From NCBI GenBank assembly GCA_041488255.1, contig JBGPOV010000002.1, positions 23,509-87,508 of the forward strand: 64,000 bases of DNA, written 5' to 3'. Below the pieces are notes generated by a model. It was not told the DNA's origin. It searched no databases and worked only from the letters and a program-made list of their open reading frames with translations. Below are positions 57,905 to 64,000 of this stretch, piece after piece (the stretch's first letter is position 1; every line of letters starts with the position of its first letter). Both the position numbers and the translations under genes were made by a program. The stretch is from Gammaproteobacteria bacterium (GTDB lineage Bacteria > Pseudomonadota > Gammaproteobacteria > Burkholderiales > SHXO01).

Positions 57905-59116
57905 TCAACTCCAGCGCGCCTCGGGGTTGGTCTCGCCCGCCCCGCGCAGCGCGAGTTGGGTCGCGAGTGGCGCGACCAGTTCTAGCATCAGCACCGCGCC
58001 CAGCACGATCGCGGCAAGGCGCTCACCGAACTGTGGATAGTAGCGCGCAGTGGTTTCAACCATCGCCACCGCCGTGGCGGACATGGGCATCAGCGTCAGT
58101 CCGAGCAGAGCGGCTTTGCGCGCGCGCAGGCCCGAGGGCTGCGAGAACAGCACCACGCCCAGCAGCTTGCCGGCGAAGCGGGCCAGCACATAGGCCAGGG
58201 CGACCCATGCACCGGCGGCGAGGTCGCCGAGCGTCACCGCGGCGCCCGTGAGCACGAACAGCAGCACGAACAGCACCTGGGCAGTGGGACCGAACTCCAC
58301 CGGCAGCAGGGCACGGTCGCGATCGCGGTTGCGGGCCATCACACCCAGCGCCAGCAGCGACACCAATATGGACAGCTGCAGCGCTTTCGCCGCGCCCACC
58401 GTGAGCAGCACCATTGCCACCAACAGAATGAACTGCAGGTCTTCGCGCTTGCCCAGCCAGCGCGCGAGCAGCACCAGGACCATGCTGGCCAGGTAACCCA
58501 GCAGCGCCGAGCCGAGCAACAGGTAGAGCGGTTGCAGGAGCAGCATCGTCACTTCCGGCCGATACTCCAGGTGTAGAAAGGCGAGCAGCATGGTGACCGC
58601 CACCACTGAAAAGACATTGTTGAGCGCCGTCAGGTTCACCGCCCGGTCGGTCAGCATGCCGTCTGCGCGCTGATCGTGGATCACCACCAAGAGCACCGGG
58701 GCGCCGGTGGCCGCGCCAATGGCCGCCGCAACGGCCGCCTGCAGCCAAGGGGTGCGCAGCAACACCAGCACTAGGCAGATGAGCGTGAAGGAAAGCGCGA
58801 TCTCCGCGACGCTGCTCGCCAGCAGCCAGCGGTTGCGCCGGAACCATTGCCAGTCCAGCCTTGAGCCCAGCTCGAACAGGATCAGCCCCAGTGCGATGTC
58901 CAGCACCAAGCGCGCGTCTTCCAGCATGACGCGGTCCAGCAGGCCGAAGGTGCCGGGCCCCAGCAACACGCCAGCTAGCACGTACCCGCTGATACGCGGC
59001 AGCAGCAAGACGCGCCGGAACAGCTCCCCGCAGCCCAACCCGGCCAGTAGGATCAGAGCGATCACGACCACATCGCCCAAGGGCGGGGGAAAGCGGGGCA
59101 GAAAGGTGAGGTCCAT
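57905..59116 (-). CDS. Cation:proton antiporter (CPA2-type membrane domain only)
   Basis: 403 aa, polytopic. LPRISGYVLAGVLLGP, typical of the Kef/CPA2 N-terminus. Confidence 0.85.
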   Translation of the reverse strand: MDLTFLPRFPPPLGDVVVIALILLAGLGCGELFRRVLLLPRISGYVLAGVLLGPGTFGLLDRVMLEDARLVLDIALGLILFELGSRLDWQWFRRNRWLLASSVAEIALSFTLICLVLVLLRTPWLQAAVAAAIGAATGAPVLLVVIHDQRADGMLTDRAVNLTALNNVFSVVAVTMLLAFLHLEYRPEVTMLLLQPLYLLLGSALLGYLASMVLVLLARWLGKREDLQFILLVAMVLLTVGAAKALQLSILVSLLALGVMARNRDRDRALLPVEFGPTAQVLFVLLFVLTGAAVTLGDLAAGAWVALAYVLARFAGKLLGVVLFSQPSGLRARKAALLGLTLMPMSATAVAMVETTARYYPQFGERLAAIVLGAVLMLELVAPLATQLALRGAGETNPEARWS

Positions 59117-59220
59117 ACCGGTTGATTGTCATAGCCGGCCGCAGCCCGCTTGTGGTTCGCTCGCAGTCGATGGGACACCCCGGCGGGGCGAATCGCGCAA
59201 GCCCGCGGCTGCCCGCTAGG

Positions 59221-59871
59221 CTAGGCAGCCACCAGAATAACGTGCACCCGATAGGGTCCGTGGATACCGAGGACCAACGTCATCTCGATGTCGGCGGTGC
59301 GAGACGGTCCAGAGACAAAAGCCACCTGCCGCGGCAACCGGCCGCGTTCGGTTCGGAGCAGATCCCAACCCTCCTCCATGCAGCGCACGATGCGCGAGGC
59401 TGGAACGACCGCGATGTGAGTCTCGGGGAGCAAGCTGGTGGTGGCGTGGCTGTTCGGTCCGGACAGCAGCATGAGTGTTCCGGTTTCCGCGATGGCGCAA
59501 AAGGCCCCGGTGATGCCAACCGCGTCCTCACCCGTGGCGGGCCGCGTTTCCACGGCGAGCCCCGCACCGGCCCACTCGAGGCTGGCGAACTCCGGCCAGC
59601 ACACGCAGGTCCGCGGCAGATCGTTCCCCGCCACATAACGCGCCACGGCCGACGGAACCTGTTCGACGTGGGCAACGTCATGCACGGTGCTGGACAACGA
59701 GAGGCAGCGGTCGCGGAAGCGCGACACGGGCTCCCAGTCCATCATTGGTGAGGGCCCGCGCGGGTGATCCCGCAGATTGGCGCGTATAACGGCGGTCTCG
59801 TTCTCGGTCCGCGCGCTGCTGCGGCCCAATGCGACGCGGATTCTTCCCAGGACGTTGTCTCTAGCACTCAT
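59221..59871 (-). CDS. lutC: Lactate utilisation protein C (LutC/YkgG)
   Basis: Follows lutA and lutB. GITGAFCAIAETGTLML ... SGPSRTADIE. Confidence 0.85.
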   Translation of the reverse strand: MSARDNVLGRIRVALGRSSARTENETAVIRANLRDHPRGPSPMMDWEPVSRFRDRCLSLSSTVHDVAHVEQVPSAVARYVAGNDLPRTCVCWPEFASLEWAGAGLAVETRPATGEDAVGITGAFCAIAETGTLMLLSGPNSHATTSLLPETHIAVVPASRIVRCMEEGWDLLRTERGRLPRQVAFVSGPSRTADIEMTLVLGIHGPYRVHVILVAA

Positions 59872-59931
59872 GTTTCGTGACTCGTCTTGCCTGGCGCGCG
59901 ATGCATGGCAGATGGCCGCCGCTCGAGTGCG

Positions 59932-61335
59932 TCACCGGCGACGATTGGCGTAGAGTTCGCGGAAGGTCTTGCCCTCCGGCGACGGCATGTCGCGCTCGCG
60001 ACTCCAGGCTGCGCCACCCGGCAGGTTGTGAATCACCCGCTCTCGTCCGCCGGCCCAGCGCCCTATCCGGGCGGCCAGGCGCGTGATCCACGCGTAGACG
60101 GCAGGCCGAGTAGCGGCCCAGGCCCACAGCTTCAGTCCCACTCGCTCGGGCCAGGGACGCAGGCCCCGCTCGACCTGTTTCTCGCGCAGCTTGCGCATGA
60201 GATCGGGCAGCGGGATCTTGACCGGACACACCACGCCGCACTGGTTGCACAGCGTCGCGGCGTTGGGCAAGTCCACAGCGTTCTCCAACCCCACGTAGGC
60301 GGGCGTGAGCACCGCGCCGATCGGTCCCGGGTATACCCAGCCGTACGGATGGCCGCCGACGTTCTGATACACCGGGCAGTGATTCATGCATGCGCCACAA
60401 CGGATGCAGCGCAGCGCCTCGCGCAGATCGGAGCCGAGTACTCGCGTGCGGCCAGCGTCCACGATGATGATGTGGAACTGCTCCGGGCCGTCCTGATCGC
60501 CGGGCTGCTTCGGCCCGGTGGTGAAGGTCAGGTAGTTGCTGATCGACTGCCCGGTGGCCGAGCGCGTCAGCAGCCGCAGAATAAACGACACGTCCTCCAG
60601 CGTGGGCAGCACTTTCTCAATGCCGGCGATGGCCACGTGGACGCGCGGCAGCGTGGTGGTCATGCGGCCGTTGCCCTCGTTGGTGACGATCATGCTGGTG
60701 CCGCTCTCGGCCACCAAGAAATTGGCGCCGGAGATGCCCATGTCGGCGGTCAGAAAATGCGGGCGCAGCACCATGCGCGCCTCGCGCGTCATCTCACCGA
60801 TGTCGGTCTTGCGTGACAGCTTGTGCCTCTCGTGGAACAGATCAGCGACCTCCTCTGCGGTGTGGTGGATGGCGGGAGCAATGATGTGCGAGGGCGTCTC
60901 ATGCGCTTCCTGGATGATGTATTCGCCGAGGTCGGTTTCTCGCACCTCGATACCCGCCGCCTCGAGAAAATGGTTGAGCCCAGTTTCCTCGCCCAACATG
61001 GATTTGGACTTGATGATCTTGTGCACCTGGTTGTGGCGGGCGATCTCCAGTACCAGCTGGTTGACTTCCGGGCCGGTCTCGGCCCAGTGCACCTGCGCGC
61101 CGCGAGCGGTGGCATTGCGCTCGAACTCCTCCAGCAGATAGTCCAGGTGCGCGAGCGCGAAGTCGCGCGTACGCTTCGCCGCCTCGCGGATGTCCTCAAA
61201 GTTGTCCAGCTCCAGGACGGACTTGGCGCGCCCGGTCACCATGCGTGCGCGCAGGTTGGACAACGCCTTGTGCAGCTGAGGGTTGGCCAACGCCTCGGCG
61301 GCCTTGCGCTTGAATTGATGGGAAGTGACTTGCAT
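59932..61335 (-). CDS. lutB: Lactate utilisation iron-sulfur protein B (LutB/YkgF)
   Basis: CIRCGACMNHCPVY and CNQCGVVCPVKI (two 4Fe-4S motifs). Start trimmed to the ATG at 61335. Confidence 0.92.
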   Translation of the reverse strand: MQVTSHQFKRKAAEALANPQLHKALSNLRARMVTGRAKSVLELDNFEDIREAAKRTRDFALAHLDYLLEEFERNATARGAQVHWAETGPEVNQLVLEIARHNQVHKIIKSKSMLGEETGLNHFLEAAGIEVRETDLGEYIIQEAHETPSHIIAPAIHHTAEEVADLFHERHKLSRKTDIGEMTREARMVLRPHFLTADMGISGANFLVAESGTSMIVTNEGNGRMTTTLPRVHVAIAGIEKVLPTLEDVSFILRLLTRSATGQSISNYLTFTTGPKQPGDQDGPEQFHIIIVDAGRTRVLGSDLREALRCIRCGACMNHCPVYQNVGGHPYGWVYPGPIGAVLTPAYVGLENAVDLPNAATLCNQCGVVCPVKIPLPDLMRKLREKQVERGLRPWPERVGLKLWAWAATRPAVYAWITRLAARIGRWAGGRERVIHNLPGGAAWSRERDMPSPEGKTFRELYANRRR

Positions 61336-61428
61336 GCCTTTGCTTCGGGAACGAGGCTCGGGGCGAAACGAACAAGGCGCGCGTCGCGCCACGGCGACCG
61401 CCTGCCTTTGCCCTCTTGCCGCTACATT

Positions 61429-62166
61429 CTAGCCTGGATCATCCGTCATCCCCGCCAGGATTTCGGCGAAATGGAGCACCTTCGTGTTCCCATCACCCCG
61501 GCGGCGCAGGCGGCCCTCAATGTTGAGCATGCAACCGAGGTCTCCCAGCACCACCGCGTCCGCACCGGTGCCAGCGATGTCGGTGCACTTCTGATCGGTG
61601 ATGCGCGCGGAGATGTCGCCGAACTTCACCGCGAAGGTGCCGCCGAACCCACAGCACTGGTCCGGGTTGGCCATCTCCTTGAGCGTTAGGCCGGGAACTT
61701 TAGACAACAGCTGGCGCGGCTGCGACTTGACGCCCAGCTCGCGCAGCCCGGCGCAGGAGTCGTGGTAGGTGATCGTGCCCTGGAAGCGCCCAGGCACTTG
61801 CTGCAGACCGAGCACGTTGACCAGGAAATCGGCTAGCTCCCAAACGCGCGCGGTCAGGCCCTGAAGCTCGGTTTGAAGCTCCGGGAACTCGGACAGCAGC
61901 TCCGGATAGTGAGTCTTGATCATGCCGCCGCAAGAGCCGGAAGGCGTGACCACGTAGTCGCACCCGGAAAACTCCTCCAGGACCTTCCGGGCCAGCGCCT
62001 GCGCCGACGCACGATCCCCTGAGTTATACCCGGGCTGGCCGCAACAGGTCTGGGTCGACGGTACCACGACCTCGCAGCCGGCGCTTTCGAGGAGTCTCAA
62101 AGCGCTGAAACCGATGCGCGGGCGCACCAAATCCACCAGGCAGGTCACGAACAAACCGACGCGCAT
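61429..62166 (-). CDS. lutA: Lactate utilisation protein A (LutA/YkgE, CCG-domain Fe-S oxidoreductase)
   Basis: VGLFVTCLVD, QTCCGQP, HDSCAGLRE, QCCGFGG. Confidence 0.93.
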   Translation of the reverse strand: MRVGLFVTCLVDLVRPRIGFSALRLLESAGCEVVVPSTQTCCGQPGYNSGDRASAQALARKVLEEFSGCDYVVTPSGSCGGMIKTHYPELLSEFPELQTELQGLTARVWELADFLVNVLGLQQVPGRFQGTITYHDSCAGLRELGVKSQPRQLLSKVPGLTLKEMANPDQCCGFGGTFAVKFGDISARITDQKCTDIAGTGADAVVLGDLGCMLNIEGRLRRRGDGNTKVLHFAEILAGMTDDPG

Positions 62167-62290
62167 GCGAGCAATTTATTGTTCAGGCCGAGACAGGGCG
62201 GAAGCCTGGCCGAAGGAAGGCCCGAGAGATGCCGTGGGCGGTGGCACGAACGCGCGCATGATACCACCCGCACACGCGCGGGGAGCACCT

Positions 62291-62322
62291 AAAAAAAGAA
62301 CCGCCGCTCGAGGCGGCGGTCC
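62291..62322 (-). terminator. Rho-independent terminator after pbpG
   Basis: The minus strand reads GGACCGCCGCC-TCGA-GCGGCGGTTC followed by TTTTTTT, 25 nt after the stop. Confidence 0.8.
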
Positions 62323-62346
62323 GCAGCCCAAGGCCGCTATGAGCGG

Positions 62347-63357
62347 TCACCAAATGCGCGGTTTGCGCGTGTGGACAGCGGCGGTACCAGAGTCGAGGCC
62401 CTCGAGCCAGCGCTTGATGCGGTTGGCATCGCCTACGCGAGACAGCTTGCCCCACGAGTCGAGAAGCACGATGATCACCGGCTTCGCCGCGATGGTGGCC
62501 TGCATGACAAGGCAGCGGCCCGCCTCGCTGATGTAGCCGGTTTTGGACAGGCCGATCTCCCACCGGCGGCTGCGCACCAGCCCATTCGAGTTGCGGAAGG
62601 CGACCACGCGGTGATAGCGCCGGCCGCTGAGCGCGATCCGGTGCGTTTCGCTCGTAGTGAACTCGCGGATGAGCGGGTACTGGTAGCCCGCGTTGACCAT
62701 CATCGCCAGGTCCTGGGCGGTGGAGACGTTGCCGGGGTTGAGGCCGGTGGCGTCGAGGAAGCGCGTGTCGCGCATCCCCAAGTCCTTGGCCTTCTGATTC
62801 ATGGCGGGCACGAAGGCCTGTGCTCCACCCGGCGAGCCGCGCGCCAGCGCCGCCGCGGCCCGATTCTCTGACGCCATCAACGCCAGCTTGAGCAGCTCGT
62901 ATCGGCTCAGGGTCATGCCGACTTTGAGGCGCGAGCGCGTCCCCTTGAGGGTGTCAACGTCAGCCGGCTCGATGGTGATGGGCTCGTCGAGCGGGAGACC
63001 GGAATCGAGCACCACGATGGCCGTCATGAGCTTGGTGATGGAGGCAATCGGCATGACCGCGTCCGTGTTCTTCGCGTAGAGCAACTGCCCCTCGCCCAGC
63101 TCCAGCACGAGCGCAGCGGCGGAGCGCAACTTCAACTCCCGCTGCCGCACGGCGACGTCGATGTCCGGCTCGGTAAAGGCGAGCTGGCTCACCCCAGCGG
63201 CCGCGGGCCGTTCCGGCGTGTCGAAAGGTAGCTCGGTGGGCTGCGGAGGCGTCTCCATCAGCGGCACATTGGAGATAGAAATAGGTTCGCTGGGGTCGGC
63301 CCGCAGCACAGCAGGTGCCGCCAGTATGAGGAGTAGAATTGCTCGGTTAAGCATCAC
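62347..63357 (-). CDS. pbpG: D-alanyl-D-alanine endopeptidase/carboxypeptidase (peptidase S11, PbpG-like)
   Basis: Signal peptide, then SITK (SxxK), SEN and KTG motifs. Confidence 0.9.
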   Translation of the reverse strand: MMLNRAILLLILAAPAVLRADPSEPISISNVPLMETPPQPTELPFDTPERPAAAGVSQLAFTEPDIDVAVRQRELKLRSAAALVLELGEGQLLYAKNTDAVMPIASITKLMTAIVVLDSGLPLDEPITIEPADVDTLKGTRSRLKVGMTLSRYELLKLALMASENRAAAALARGSPGGAQAFVPAMNQKAKDLGMRDTRFLDATGLNPGNVSTAQDLAMMVNAGYQYPLIREFTTSETHRIALSGRRYHRVVAFRNSNGLVRSRRWEIGLSKTGYISEAGRCLVMQATIAAKPVIIVLLDSWGKLSRVGDANRIKRWLEGLDSGTAAVHTRKPRIW

Positions 63358-63685
63358 AAATCCGGATTCTGTTTTTGTTACCTATCGCGTCCCGGCGAGC
63401 TTGAGACGCCTCCGGAAGCTTCCTCGATTAAACCGATTAACGACAGCCAGCGCATGGACTTAAGCACGAGCCATGCCACGATTCAGCGGCGCTACGCCTA
63501 AAAACTACCAAAAATCATGAGCCAAGGCAACACTCCCGAACGCGGTGACCGGGAAGCTCGGCGGCATAACCGTTGGCCCCCCCTTCAACTAGGAATCAGG
63601 GGCCGCTGCCCATACCGCGGTGGAAGGGGTCGGTGCGGCAGCCTGTCGACGGGAATGCGTTCTGTGCGTTTAGGAGGACGCGACC

Positions 63686-63721
63686 AAAAAAAAGGCCGAC
63701 GAGGGGGCGCCGGCCCGTCGG
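63686..63721 (-). terminator. Orphan terminator-like hairpin + U8 on the minus strand
   Basis: The minus strand reads CCGACG-(14 nt)-CGTCGG-CC-TTTTTTTT. No minus-strand gene lies upstream of it. Confidence 0.35.
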
Positions 63722-63798
63722 AGAGGGGACTCCGATGAGGGGCATAGCTTAGCGGTGCGTACTTACGCCAACCTTACCCCGCTCGATACAGGAGACCT

Positions 63799-64000
63799 AT
63801 GCGCATCCTGGTGGTGGAAGACGACTCGGTGCTGCGCGACGGCCTGAGCCGCTCGTTGCGCAACGCCGGCTACGCGGTGGACACCGCGCAAGACGGAAAG
63901 CTCGCCGACGACCTGTTGTCGGTGCATGCCTTCGACCTGGTGGTGCTGGACGTGGGACTGCCCGGTCTGGACGGCCTGGAGGTTTTGCGGCGCCTGCGCC
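63799..64000 (+). CDS. OmpR-family response regulator, receiver domain (3' end outside the window)
   Basis: My translation is MRILVVEDDSVLRDGLSRSLRNAGYAVDTAQDG...FDLVVLDVGLPGLDGLEVLRRLR. AGGAG SD at 63790-63794. Confidence 0.9.
   Translation, partial: MRILVVEDDSVLRDGLSRSLRNAGYAVDTAQDGKLADDLLSVHAFDLVVLDVGLPGLDGLEVLRRLR

Overview
High-GC (by eye about 65%) proteobacterial chromosome segment. The gene order (rppH / speE-like / proS / slt; wrbA-DUF2069-gluQ; pxpBCA; lutABC) fits a beta- or gamma-proteobacterium. I could support about 65 protein genes, mostly housekeeping or metabolic. I found no rRNA, tRNA, CRISPR array or IS element. Many long track ORFs are antisense or out-of-frame shadows typical of high-GC DNA, or are fused to upstream sequence, so I trimmed those starts. 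The standout is a visibly lower-GC island of about 11.3 kb at roughly 25.1-36.4 kb, inserted between two diverging core genes. It carries a P4-type tyrosine integrase and AlpA, plus a translationally coupled replication module: Zn-ribbon primase domain, P-loop DUF3631-like protein, TubC_N-like protein and SSB-like protein. Iteron-like repeats sit inside the 3' end of the P-loop gene. The island also has a TerS-like HTH protein, a PEP-CTERM protein, and a HicA/HicB pair in which HicB has an unrecognisable extra C-terminal domain of about 100 aa. Between int and alpA lie four unrecognisable proteins, three of them translationally coupled. The architecture looks like a phage satellite or integrative mobilisable element. 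The four-gene block and the HicAB-plus operon are my best candidates for an undescribed system. Other points outside the island: an APH-fold kinase coupled to a divergent enolase paralog; a tandem HIBADH paralog killed by an amber codon plus a 1-nt deletion; a deletion relic of an EamA transporter; a VOC protein with a poly-acidic tail; a consensus phasin promoter with TGC-type palindromes; and several dispersed or tandem short repeats.
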